This document shows positions 1 through 9,598 of a stretch of DNA of 64,000 nt, piece after piece (the stretch's first letter is position 1; each line of letters starts with the position of its first letter). The notes under the pieces were generated by a model that was not told where the DNA came from, searched no databases, and worked only from the letters and a program-made list of their open reading frames with translations. Made by a program: the position numbers and the translations under genes. Source of the DNA: Flectobacillus longus. Lineage in GTDB: Bacteria > Bacteroidota > Bacteroidia > Cytophagales > Spirosomataceae. The stretch lies in assembly GCF_030056705.1 (NCBI RefSeq), contig NZ_JASHIC010000012.1, positions 986-64,985 on the forward strand. Reading direction: 5' to 3'.

Positions 1-1165
1 TTTCTTAAAACAACCATGGTAATGATATTGACAAATGCCAAAACTACCAATAAACTGACAAATTTTTTGACACTAAAATGAGCAATCATATAGCCACTCA
101 GCAGAGGTGTCAGCGCTTGTGCAACCATTGGTAGACCCGCTAATCTGCCCATGATTGTTGCATACGAGTCGGCGCCAAATATCCATAAAGGTAATGTTCC
201 TCGCAAAATTGAGCGCATTCCATTGCCCAAACCAAAACAAATTACCGCTAAAAAAGCTATTTGCTGACTCATTAAAAATAACACCAGCCCAACAAAAATG
301 GTTACTGACGATACCAAAGCTGAATTTAAAGGTGTTTTTTTAGGTAAAATTGCATCCAAAAATCGTATTCCCACTTGACTTGGCCCTAACATGGCACCAA
401 CACTTATTGCCATAGTCAAGGGAAGTCCATTGTCATTTAAGATTTCTACTAAATGGACTGAAATCCCAGTCATCAAGATAGAACCAATGGTAAAATTTAC
501 TAAAAGTATCGTAAACACACTGGTATTTTCTAAGCCTGTTGGGAGTTCTTGTTGAATATTCGTTGAGGTATTTTCCTCCTCTATCATTTGTACTTTTTCT
601 GGAATCAAAAATTTGTGAACTGGAAAAACCCAAACGATAAGAATTCCTGCATACACAAAACAAGCATTGCGCCAGCCATAATGATTCAATAAAAAAGAAA
701 GTAAAGGCCAAACAACCGTTGTGGTAAACCCAGAAATTAGAGTTACTTGTACAATAGATTTACGGGCGATTTTACCATATTTTTTACCTAAAGTAGCAAA
801 AAGTGCATCATACAAACCCATTGCCATAGCTACACCAACCACACACCAGCCTAATAAAAATAGCAAAAAATGATGGGATAAACCTATGATAATAAGCCCC
901 GCTCCCATGACAAATCCTGCATATAACAAATTGTAATTTTTAGCGATTGTCTCAATCATTTTTCCCACTTTAGATGCCAACATTCCTGATACCAACATCG
1001 CCAAAGACAAGGCGCCATACACCAATTGGTGCGACCATCCTGTTTCTGCAATAATTGGTTTGGCTAAAATAGCCAGCAAGAAAAATGACCCACCCCAAAG
1101 CAATATTTGGGTAAATCCTAAGATAAAATTTTTCGGTAATGAAACCGCCTTATATTCGATATTCA
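1..1165 (-). CDS. MFS-type transporter, partial (N-terminal ~388 aa; C-terminus lies beyond window start)
   Basis: Manual reverse-complement translation from the ATG at 1165-1163 gives one continuous frame to the window edge: MNIEYKAVSLPKNFILGFTQILLWGGSFFLLAIL... It has about 10 hydrophobic helices and a GxLaDrxGrkxxl-like loop (LGKKYGKIARK). It is divergent from the LysR gene. The track ORF 433..711 is a wrong-frame artifact inside it. Confidence 0.65.
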
Positions 1166-1440
1166 TGAATTGGGATGTTTTACGTTATGCAACATTCTTC
1201 TCAATATCATCCACACTCTAGAAATGCTTCATGATTACGCTACAAAGTTGTAGAGAAGTTTTAAATTCGTAAAACGCTTTTTTTCTATCACATCAATCGG
1301 TATTTTCGATTTATAAAAGCCTTCTCAATTTCGGATTTGGGATATTTGATTTCGGATTTATAACAAATAAACCAAAATAGGGAATCCCCTAAAACAAACG
1401 CCAATTCACAATTCACTAACTCACAACTCACTAAATACCC

Positions 1441-2322
1441 ATGGAGCTTCGTCAATTAAAATATTTCCTCAAGGCTAAAGAATTACTCAATTTTACAGAA
1501 GCAGCAGAGCAACTCAATATTAGTCAGAGCACTCTTTCTCAGCAGATTAAGCAGCTAGAAGATGAACTCGATATACCGTTATTCAATCGTATTGGCAAAC
1601 GTGTTAACCTTACCGAAGCGGGTGCATTATTTGCAGATTTTGCTTTTCAAAGTATCAATAAGGCACAGGATGGATTGCTGATGCTAAGGGACTTACACAA
1701 TTTTCAAACAGGAAAAATTACGATAGGGGTTACTTATGGACTGCGTTATGTACTGACTCCTGCACTGATTCGTTTTGCGACGCAATACCCACAAATTAAG
1801 ATAAAAATCGTATTTGGTACTTCAGAAGAATTGATAGATAAATTAAATCATTTGGAACTTGATTTTGCCCTAAGTTTTTTTGGGGATATAGCTGTTGAAA
1901 AACATTTTGATTATCAAAATCTATTTTGCTCACCTATGACAGTTGTGACAGCTCCAAATTCAGCATTAGCGCAAAAAGAGATGATAACTTTAGAACAGAT
2001 TACGCAATATCCATTGGTTCTTCCTGCCAAAGGATATATGACCAGCAAATTTGTTCATGATTTATTTGAGCGCCATGCCTTGTCGCCTAATATTGCGATT
2101 GAAATCAATGATATTCCGACTTTATTGGAATTGGTCAAAACAGGAAATTGGCATACGATTTTGGCAAAAACTTCGGTTAGTCAGAAAGACGGATTGGCAA
2201 CGATTCCGCTTCTTGGTGAAAATATGGACCGAACGGCTATGATTATTTCAATGAAAGAAGTTTATCAGAAAAAGGCTGTCAAAGAATTTTATCGAATTCT
2301 GCATGAGGAAATTAACTTGTAA
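1441..2322 (+). CDS. LysR family transcriptional regulator
   Basis: N-terminal LysR HTH: MELRQLKYFLKAKELLNFTEAAEQLNISQSTLSQQIKQLEDELDIPLFNR. C-terminal substrate-binding domain. Divergent from the MFS transporter gene, the classic LysR arrangement. Confidence 0.9.
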   Translation: MELRQLKYFLKAKELLNFTEAAEQLNISQSTLSQQIKQLEDELDIPLFNRIGKRVNLTEAGALFADFAFQSINKAQDGLLMLRDLHNFQTGKITIGVTYGLRYVLTPALIRFATQYPQIKIKIVFGTSEELIDKLNHLELDFALSFFGDIAVEKHFDYQNLFCSPMTVVTAPNSALAQKEMITLEQITQYPLVLPAKGYMTSKFVHDLFERHALSPNIAIEINDIPTLLELVKTGNWHTILAKTSVSQKDGLATIPLLGENMDRTAMIISMKEVYQKKAVKEFYRILHEEINL

Positions 2323-2377
2323 TATAGTTTTCTCGTTGTCTTTTACATGTTCGTTTGATTTTTTATAACTTTACTTC

Positions 2378-3277
2378 ATGGAAAAGGTTCATACATTAGA
2401 AGATTTTTATCTAAATAGCGCAGATTGTTTACCCGAAAACCTCCGTAAAGACGTAGGGCATTTCAATGTATTCAAGATGGAGGATTATATTGGTAAACCG
2501 ACAAAATCTGTGCCTTATAGTCGCAAGGACTATTACAAAATTTCGTTGATTATTGGCAATAATATTTATCACTACGCTGACAAATCGATTGAAGTAAAGT
2601 CTGCAGGAATCTCATTTGCTAATCCTATGATTCCTTACAAAATCGAACGAATCGGGGAATCTCAGCGAGGATATTTTTGCGTGTTCACAGAAGCTTTTTT
2701 GAATCAAATTCCTAACATCAAAGAATATCCTATTTTCAAGCCTGGCAGTTTTCCCATTTATAATCTCGATGAGGAGCAAATTGAGGAGTTTCGACTTACT
2801 TTTGAACAGATGTCAGCTGAAATAAATGTCGATTATGCCTTCAAATACGATTTTTTGAGAGCATTAGTACAACAGGTTATTCATAAAGCCATGCGCTTGT
2901 CGCCCAATGATAATATCCAAAAACATACACATTCGGCCAATAATCGTATTACCTCTTTATTTGTGGAATTACTCGAAAGACAATTTCCGATTGAATCGCC
3001 TTTACAAAGAATGAAACTACGCATTCCTGCCGATTTTGCGGGGCATCTTTCCATTCATATCAATCACCTCAACCGTGCCTTGAAAACAGTTACAGGTAAA
3101 ACTACCTCTCAGTTGATTCAAGAAAGGGTTTTGCAAGAGTCGCAAACCCTCCTCAAACATACCGATTGGAATATTGCGGAAATAGGATACGCCGTTGGAT
3201 TTGACGATCCTTCGCATTTTACTTCCTTTTTCCGTCGTTCGTTGCAAACCACTCCAAAGTTATTCCGAGAAATATAA
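2378..3277 (+). CDS. AraC family transcriptional regulator
   Basis: C-terminal AraC-type HTH: ...NIAEIGYAVGFDDPSHFTSFFRRSLQTTPKLFRE. N-terminal ligand-binding domain. Confidence 0.85.
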   Translation: MEKVHTLEDFYLNSADCLPENLRKDVGHFNVFKMEDYIGKPTKSVPYSRKDYYKISLIIGNNIYHYADKSIEVKSAGISFANPMIPYKIERIGESQRGYFCVFTEAFLNQIPNIKEYPIFKPGSFPIYNLDEEQIEEFRLTFEQMSAEINVDYAFKYDFLRALVQQVIHKAMRLSPNDNIQKHTHSANNRITSLFVELLERQFPIESPLQRMKLRIPADFAGHLSIHINHLNRALKTVTGKTTSQLIQERVLQESQTLLKHTDWNIAEIGYAVGFDDPSHFTSFFRRSLQTTPKLFREI

Positions 3278-3395
3278 ATTGTTTGATTTTTTATAGTTTC
3301 TGTTTCGTTTGGGATAACTGTACACAAGAGTTTTGTAAGAAATTTGCATCAGATTTTTAGTAAAAACTTTTTCAAAAACTAATAAAACAAAACCT

Positions 3396-4415
3396 ATGAA
3401 ATACAATTATGTAGGCGAAACTGGTCTTTTGGTATCAGAATTATGCCTCGGAACTATGACTTTTGGCGGACAAGACGCTGGTATGTGGAGTAACATTGGA
3501 CAACTTCAACAGGAGGAAGTAAACCAATTAATCAAAGCAGCGATTGATGCAGGAATTAACTTTATCGATACGGCCAACATTTATTCATTTGGTCAGTCTG
3601 AACAACTACTCGGACAGTCACTTATTGACCTCGGTATCCGTCGTGATCAGGTGGTGATTGCAACCAAGGTTTTAGGCAGAATGGACGAATCGCCTAACAG
3701 TGCAGGCTTGTCACGCTATCATATTTTTAACTCAGTAGATGCAAGTTTGAAACGTCTTCAAATGGATTATGTGGACATTTTGTATGTTCACGGCGTTGAC
3801 CCTCGTACTTCGGTTGAGCAAATTGTACATACCTTAAATGATGTAGTAAATGCAGGAAAAGCTCGCTACATTGCCATTTGTAACTGGCCCGCATGGATGG
3901 TGGCTACAGCGCAAGAAATTGCCAAAAGCCACAACTGGCATCATTTCATTGGTTTACAGTACTATTACTCGGCTGTTTCTCGTGATATTGAGCATGAATT
4001 AGTACCGATGGCACAGCATCACAAATTAGCAATTTTCCCTTGGAGTCCATTGGCTGGTGGTTTCTTAAGTGGCAAATATACCCGTCAGCAGGTAGTAGCG
4101 GGGTCGAGAAGAGAGAATTTTGATTTTCCTCCAATCGACAAAGAAAAAGCTTATGATTTGGTAGATGTTATGCAGGAAATTGCAATAGCTAATCAAACCA
4201 CCGTGGCACAAGTAGCTTTGGCATGGGTTCGTCATCAACCAGGTGTTACCAGTACGATTATCGGAGCTAAAACAATTACTCAGTTACAAGACAATATTGC
4301 TTCGACTCAGATACAACTTTCGGCTGAAGATTTGCAGAAAATTGATGCAGTGAGTCCACTTCCAATGCAATACCCAGGCTGGATGGTAAAACGTCAAGGA
4401 GATTATAGAAAATAA
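3396..4415 (+). CDS. Aldo/keto reductase (Tas/aryl-alcohol dehydrogenase-like oxidoreductase)
   Basis: 339 aa. AKR signatures: N-terminal GLGTMTFGG; IDTANIYS; IATKV; C-terminal ST(I/L)IGAKT...QL..N. Confidence 0.9.
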   Translation: MKYNYVGETGLLVSELCLGTMTFGGQDAGMWSNIGQLQQEEVNQLIKAAIDAGINFIDTANIYSFGQSEQLLGQSLIDLGIRRDQVVIATKVLGRMDESPNSAGLSRYHIFNSVDASLKRLQMDYVDILYVHGVDPRTSVEQIVHTLNDVVNAGKARYIAICNWPAWMVATAQEIAKSHNWHHFIGLQYYYSAVSRDIEHELVPMAQHHKLAIFPWSPLAGGFLSGKYTRQQVVAGSRRENFDFPPIDKEKAYDLVDVMQEIAIANQTTVAQVALAWVRHQPGVTSTIIGAKTITQLQDNIASTQIQLSAEDLQKIDAVSPLPMQYPGWMVKRQGDYRK

Positions 4416-4420
4416 TTGAG

Positions 4421-4607
4421 TGGATTGTGATTTAGTGATTATTCTTCGTGAATTTAACTTGTAGAGACGCAACGATTGCGTCTGAGGATGTGTCAATGGG
4501 GAATAGAATAAATAATCAAAAAAGGCGTTCGAAATGAGTTTTTCGAACGCCTTTTTTGATTCTAATACATTTTACAATAATCCCTCAATCAAAAATCACT
4601 AAATCTA
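4421..4607. repeat. Composite dispersed repeat, copy 1: terminal inverted repeats gtgatttagtgatt / aatcactaaatc enclose a GAGACGCAAnnATTGCGTCTnAG hairpin (4461-4486) and a terminator hairpin AAAAAAGGCGTTCGAAA..TTTCGAACGCCTTTTTT (4518-4559)
   Basis: Read directly. The same three modules recur at 26947-27096, 42291-42497 and 51941-52066, and as a lone hairpin at 54350-54384. This copy sits between the convergent aldo/keto reductase (+) and hydrolase (-) genes, so it probably acts as a bidirectional rho-independent terminator. Confidence 0.55.
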
Positions 4608-4626
4608 GGGAATGTCTCTTTTTTTG

Positions 4627-5709
4627 CTATTTCAACGCTTCTTTGATTGCTAATGCTGCTTGCAAGACGGCAACTTTAGAGGCCGTAACACCTGAAATAG
4701 GGTTCAACATACCGTAGTCATGAATCAATCCATTATATCTTGCTAAAGTAACTTTTACACCTGCTTCATTGAGCTTTCTCGCATAAGCCTCCCCTTCGTC
4801 ACGTAACACATCATTTTCGGCTGTTTGTACCAATGCCTCTGGCAAACCTTTTAATTGCTCTACCGTAGCTTGTAAAGGTGAAGCGTAGATTTCTTGACGT
4901 TTTTCTACCTCTGGCAAATAGTTGTCCCAAAACCATTTCATCATATTTTTAGTCAAAAAGCGACCTTCTGCAAACTCGTTATATGAACCTGTCTCGAAGT
5001 TGGCGTCGGTAACAGGCCATAAAAGTACTTGTAGTTTTATCGCTGGTCCGTGGTTATTTTTTGCCATAAGCGCAACTACCGCTGACATGTTCCCTCCTAC
5101 ACTATTACCTACTACTGCTAAGTTTTTACCATTTACGCCTATCTCTTTACCATGTTCGGCTACCCATTGTGTAGCAGCATAAATTTCATTGATTGCTACT
5201 GGATACTTTGCTTCTGGCGATGGAGTATAATCAGGAAAAACAGCCACGGCGCTACTATTTACCACTAGGTCACGGACTAATCTTCTATGTGTTGGATAGT
5301 CTCCTAACACCCAACCTCCTCCGTGCACAAAGATAAAAACAGGTGCGTTTGGTTTTACGCCTACAGGCTTGGTGATATGTACTTTTACTTTATATCCATT
5401 TTGAGAAATTACTTTTTCGCTCTCTTGAATTCCAGAATAATCTACCTGAACCGATTTCTGAGCACCAATCAATACTTGACGTGCATCGGCTGGACTGAGT
5501 TGTTCGAGCGGTTTACCATTACTTGTGTTGAGTGCTTTCAAAAACAGTCTTATTTCGGTAAAAACTTGTGGGTCATCCTGACCAGCATAAGGGCGTAATT
5601 GACCCAATGTGATATGCGCCATTAAAGCGAATAATAGTACTAAAAATGATTTTACAATTGTTAATTCTTGAGTGCTGCCATTATTTAAGGCAAGTGCTTG
5701 AGCTTTCAT
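4627..5709 (-). CDS. Alpha/beta hydrolase fold esterase/lipase (HGGG-motif, hormone-sensitive-lipase-like family), secreted
   Basis: FIFVHGGGWVLGD oxyanion HGGG motif and GNSVGGN GxSxG nucleophile elbow. N-terminal hydrophobic signal or anchor segment. Confidence 0.85.
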   Translation of the reverse strand: MKAQALALNNGSTQELTIVKSFLVLLFALMAHITLGQLRPYAGQDDPQVFTEIRLFLKALNTSNGKPLEQLSPADARQVLIGAQKSVQVDYSGIQESEKVISQNGYKVKVHITKPVGVKPNAPVFIFVHGGGWVLGDYPTHRRLVRDLVVNSSAVAVFPDYTPSPEAKYPVAINEIYAATQWVAEHGKEIGVNGKNLAVVGNSVGGNMSAVVALMAKNNHGPAIKLQVLLWPVTDANFETGSYNEFAEGRFLTKNMMKWFWDNYLPEVEKRQEIYASPLQATVEQLKGLPEALVQTAENDVLRDEGEAYARKLNEAGVKVTLARYNGLIHDYGMLNPISGVTASKVAVLQAALAIKEALK

Positions 5710-5795
5710 GTTTTGATTTGTTTAGTTGTTGTTTCAAATTGATATGACAAAATTACTCCAACGAACCACCCAGATAAAGGCACAAAAGCATACAA

Positions 5796-6740
5796 CTATT
5801 GTACTTTTTTCCCATGAAGGTATTTATTTCTAAAATTAGTCGTCGTATCACCTACTTTTTGAGCAAAAAGGCGATTAAAATAGGCAGGGTCGTCATACCC
5901 CAAGTGATACGCAATTTCTTTAGCGCTCATTTGTGTGTAGGTCAGAAGGCGTTTTGCCTCCAAAATAATACGGTCTTTGATTACTTCATTGGGCTGAGAC
6001 AAATGCAATCTTTTAAATTTATGTGTCAAGGTTTTTGGGGCAAACCCCAATAAGTCCGCATAGTCAGCGACGCTATGTTTTTCTTTATAATGGATTTCTA
6101 CCAATCGACTAAAATCTCGATAAAACTCCATGTCACTATTAGTTCCGTCTTGAACTTGGTGTAGTTCTTGCTTTTTCCAGATGCGAGTCGCACGAATGAT
6201 TAACTGTTTCAAATATACTCTTAACATTTCTTCCTGCCCTGATTCGTTCATGGTCAGCTCCTCCTCTATTTGTGCCCAAAGTTGATTTGCCCATCCCTGT
6301 TCGCTTGTAGGAAGTTCCACCATCGGCATATTTTGCAAATTGTTAAACAATAAACCATCGCAAGCCACCTCGGCATCATGAATTTGAATACAATAAAAAT
6401 CACGGTTGTAATACAACATGTATCCTATCTGCTCACCCACTTGGTCTATCTGTAAAAACTGATTGGAGTTCACAAAAAACAAACTCGGTTCTACCGTTTG
6501 GTATTCTTGAAAATCTACTTTTAGTTGGTATCCTTGGGGCAAGTACAAGACCTTAATAAATGGTTTGTACATATCACTATTAGCTGATGCCAAAGTATCC
6601 GTTGAAAGTGGTAATAAACCTAATTTTTTATAATGTGATTCGAAAATAGAAGGCGTTTGCTGAGTCATGTTAGCGGGAGGTAAGGATTCCTTTTTTAAAA
6701 GAACTATTTCGAAATTACTTACGTTGATTGAGTTTAACAA
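5796..6740 (-). CDS. AraC family transcriptional regulator
   Basis: C-terminal AraC HTH: ...MSAKEIAYHLGYDDPAYFNRLFAQKVGDTTTNFRNKY. The start may instead be the internal Met at ~6671 (MTQQTPSIF...). Confidence 0.8.
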   Translation of the reverse strand: MLNSINVSNFEIVLLKKESLPPANMTQQTPSIFESHYKKLGLLPLSTDTLASANSDMYKPFIKVLYLPQGYQLKVDFQEYQTVEPSLFFVNSNQFLQIDQVGEQIGYMLYYNRDFYCIQIHDAEVACDGLLFNNLQNMPMVELPTSEQGWANQLWAQIEEELTMNESGQEEMLRVYLKQLIIRATRIWKKQELHQVQDGTNSDMEFYRDFSRLVEIHYKEKHSVADYADLLGFAPKTLTHKFKRLHLSQPNEVIKDRIILEAKRLLTYTQMSAKEIAYHLGYDDPAYFNRLFAQKVGDTTTNFRNKYLHGKKVQ

Positions 6741-6756
6741 ATCTATAACCCGACCT

Positions 6757-7308
6757 ATGTCTTATTGCAAAGCTATTCAAAATATGCAAGCTGCCGACCG
6801 CAAGGCCTTGCATGCCAACTATCATGACTATCACTACGGCTTCCCGATTCACGACGATAATGCACTATTTGGAAGATTGATTTTAGAAATCAACCAAGCG
6901 GGTTTGAGCTGGGAAACAATCCTCAAAAAAGAACATGCCTTTAAAGAAGCCTATAGTCATTACGATATCAACAAAGTAGCTTCTTACACAGAGGAAGATA
7001 GAGAAAGGCTTTTATCAGATGCTGGCATTATTCGCAATCGCTTAAAAATCAATGCAGCGATAGAAAACGCAAAAAAAATTCAGGTTTTGCAAAAGGAATA
7101 TGGCTCTTTCGAAAAATGGCTAGAAGCACACCATCCCAAAACCAAGGAAGAATGGGTAAAACTTTTCAAAAAGACTTTCAAATTTACAGGAGGTGAAATT
7201 GTAGGCGAATTTTTGATGAGCATTGGCTATCTCAAAGGTTCACACGACGACGATTGTCCGACACAACAAAAAGTACTTGCCCAAAACCCTAAATGGGCGG
7301 AAGTTTAA
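6757..7308 (+). CDS. tag: DNA-3-methyladenine glycosylase I
   Basis: Tag-family signatures: ...HDYHYGFPIHDDNALFGRLILEINQAGLSWETILKK..., with the C/H zinc-site context. Start chosen at MSYCKAIQNM (6757) rather than the upstream in-frame ATG at 6667, which overlaps the AraC gene. Confidence 0.85.
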   Translation: MSYCKAIQNMQAADRKALHANYHDYHYGFPIHDDNALFGRLILEINQAGLSWETILKKEHAFKEAYSHYDINKVASYTEEDRERLLSDAGIIRNRLKINAAIENAKKIQVLQKEYGSFEKWLEAHHPKTKEEWVKLFKKTFKFTGGEIVGEFLMSIGYLKGSHDDDCPTQQKVLAQNPKWAEV

Positions 7309-7328
7309 TGGTGAATTCATTCTGGTTT

Positions 7329-7357
7329 CCCTCCTTTAAATGGGTTTAGAGGAGGGG
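7329..7357 (+). repeat. 29-bp GC-rich hairpin CCCTCCTTTAAA-TGGG-TTTAGAGGAGGGG (copy 1 of 2)
   Basis: Read directly. A near-identical copy lies at 9599-9627 in the same orientation. Together they bracket the RloB/ATPase pair. Copy 1 sits between the convergent tag and RloB-like gene stops, in a terminator position, but is not followed by a T-tract. Confidence 0.7.
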
Positions 7358-7376
7358 CAACTAGGATATGAAATAG

Positions 7377-8033
7377 CTACCCATGTTTTTTTAGTTTCAT
7401 AACAACTTTATAAACGTGAGAGCCTAAATTTTTAGGATATTCTTCATCTTTTTCATCTAATTGCTTTGCTTGTTCGATAGCAAAATCAACGGTTGGAAGA
7501 AATAACTCTGGCTTGGGATTACTTTTATTATACGCACCTAAAATTTCCACTATTTTAGCATCTACGTAATTTTTCTTGCTACTTACTTTCCCATTTTTCA
7601 ACATTAAATTAAGCTCTTCTTCACTGTATTCTGCGATATCTTTAATGTGTAAAAGTAACCAAAACTCAAAGCAAGGATTACTCACAGCGACAAACATATT
7701 TGACTGCTTTTTACATTCTGAAATTATATCTGGAATGTTTTTCCATCTATCTGTATCAATTATCATCCAAAGCTCATCGGTATCCTTAAAATTATACTCA
7801 TCTTTTGCTTCCTTTTTCAGTTTTCTAAAGACGTGATTTGGAGCACTATTGGTGTCTTTTTTAGGTCGTTTTAGGAGGTGTAAAAATATCAAGGCATCAT
7901 TGAAAACCTCTGAGTTCTTAAATTCCTCAAAATAGATTTCTTCCGTATCGTTCCCTTCAAAGGCTAAAACTATTATTTTTTCTTTTTCTAAAGAATTGCT
8001 TTCTCTAAATAAATCCTCTCTTTCTCTTGGCAT
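7377..8033 (-). CDS. RloB-like / TOPRIM-like abortive-infection protein (AbiLii-like)
   Basis: 218 aa. N-terminal IIVLAFEGNDTEEIYF carries the conserved Glu. Downstream WMIIDTDRW is a DxD motif, giving the TOPRIM/OLD-like metal-binding pattern. It is separated by 3 bp from the upstream AAA_21 ATPase gene. Size and partner match the RloA/RloB (AbiLi/AbiLii) family. Confidence 0.7.
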   Translation of the reverse strand: MPREREDLFRESNSLEKEKIIVLAFEGNDTEEIYFEEFKNSEVFNDALIFLHLLKRPKKDTNSAPNHVFRKLKKEAKDEYNFKDTDELWMIIDTDRWKNIPDIISECKKQSNMFVAVSNPCFEFWLLLHIKDIAEYSEEELNLMLKNGKVSSKKNYVDAKIVEILGAYNKSNPKPELFLPTVDFAIEQAKQLDEKDEEYPKNLGSHVYKVVMKLKKHG

Positions 8034-8036
8034 AAT

Positions 8037-9416
8037 TTACAATAAATGATGATTTAAAATTGTAAGCTTATTTCTATTGCCTATGCGAGGTACTGCCTTA
8101 AATCTTCCTAATAAATAATCTTTTCTAATTTCTTTGTCGAATCGTACATTGTAATCTTCGAGAGAATGAAGTTTACTGGCTCCAAAATTATCTTTTACCA
8201 CAAACCAAACTTCATCTTTTCGTAATAATTTTTGAGTTAATACAGATGATTCGTGACTAGCCAAAATAAGTTGGCTATTAATATTTGTAGCTTTTGAAAT
8301 AAACAAATCGATTAAATCGTACATCAGATTAGGGTGCAGACTCCTTTCCATTTCGTCAATAATAAATACATTATCACCTTTTAACAAGTCCATTAAAAGT
8401 GGTATAAAATCCATTATTCTATTTGTTCCGTCAGACTCATCACTTGTATCAAACTTTTCTAATTCGTCCTGTCCTTTAACAGAATGCTTAGTCATAAATT
8501 TCTCTACAACTAAATCTGTATCTTTTATAGAAAGAAAATAGGTGGTATTTCTATTTGACAGAATTGAAGCTCTTACATTTTCTGACTTCTTACTTAATAG
8601 ATCTTCTTTTATTTTACTTAAAATTGATTTAGGCACATCTACGCTATCAAAATCAACTTTTTCAAGGCATACACCATTAATACCAGTATCAAAATATTTT
8701 AAAAACTGCTCAAATGTTGTTAATAACTCTTCATCTTGATTCAATTCAAACTTCAAACCCTCATTGTATTTGTCATCAGGAAAAATAACTTTTAAAGAGT
8801 TTTGAAACCAATCTATCACATTCAGTATATCTTCAATTTTTGAAACATTTTCTTTAACTTTTCGAGTTCTGATTTCATTTAAAAACAACTGATTATTAGG
8901 TGTTCCTTTTGCGATAAATTTCAAAAATTGCTTTTCTTCGTCAGATTTGATATTTTTCACAATATTATCCAAATCATATATTTGGCTATTATTGATGTTT
9001 CTTTCAAATATTTTCACTTCGCTCTTCAAGCTCACCTCAAATAGCCATTCCTCCTTTATGGCAGTGGAATCAAAAACAAATCCATAAGCATAATTTTTGC
9101 CATTGTGTTGGATAACATATTCGATTCTAGAATCTTTATTAGTACAATTTTTATCTAATCTGAATTTTTGATAGTCAATAATAGATTCAGGATTTGTTCC
9201 TCGTAATACCAATCTTTTTCCAAATTCGATTGCTTTGATGAGGTTTGACTTTCCAGAAGCATTGGCACCAAATAACACGGAAGTTTTAAGGACAGAGATT
9301 CCTTTGATTTTTTTTGTCTTATGTTCTCCCTTTAGCGTTCCTTTGCCTGGTAATAATGAGAAATTCTGTCTGCCATTAAATGACGAAAAATTCTCTACAG
9401 AAAACTTAATTAACAT
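8037..9416 (-). CDS. ABC-type AAA_21 family ATPase (RloA/AbiLi-like)
   Basis: 459 aa. Walker A LFGANASGKSNLIKAIEF. C-terminal Walker B/D-loop VFIIDEMERSLHPNL and H-loop ILASHESS. Forms an operon with the downstream RloB-like gene. Confidence 0.8.
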   Translation of the reverse strand: MLIKFSVENFSSFNGRQNFSLLPGKGTLKGEHKTKKIKGISVLKTSVLFGANASGKSNLIKAIEFGKRLVLRGTNPESIIDYQKFRLDKNCTNKDSRIEYVIQHNGKNYAYGFVFDSTAIKEEWLFEVSLKSEVKIFERNINNSQIYDLDNIVKNIKSDEEKQFLKFIAKGTPNNQLFLNEIRTRKVKENVSKIEDILNVIDWFQNSLKVIFPDDKYNEGLKFELNQDEELLTTFEQFLKYFDTGINGVCLEKVDFDSVDVPKSILSKIKEDLLSKKSENVRASILSNRNTTYFLSIKDTDLVVEKFMTKHSVKGQDELEKFDTSDESDGTNRIMDFIPLLMDLLKGDNVFIIDEMERSLHPNLMYDLIDLFISKATNINSQLILASHESSVLTQKLLRKDEVWFVVKDNFGASKLHSLEDYNVRFDKEIRKDYLLGRFKAVPRIGNRNKLTILNHHLL

Positions 9417-9598
9417 ACATTTTAGTTTTATCTATGCAAATTTAGTGATTTTTTCACAAATAGTGTATTTTTAATAGGTTTTAACAATCGGTATAAAGGC
9501 ATTCTGAAAAAAATAAGGGCGTGCATATTAGCATAAGCTACTTTTATCCCCCTAAGCTTCTAAAACATCTATTTAAGCTAAGATTTGAACAAAAAAAC

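Noticed and set aside
433-711. 92-aa track ORF on the minus strand
   Set aside because: It lies inside the MFS transporter gene, and the correct frame runs continuously from 1165 to the window edge. This is a wrong-frame artifact.
2051-2242. Nested small ORFs inside larger genes (for example 2051..2242, 3017..3327, 4922..5598, 27366..28183, 31017..32470, 35164..35994)
   Set aside because: All lie within or antisense to well-supported longer CDS. Their composition is typical of out-of-frame translation in AT-rich DNA.
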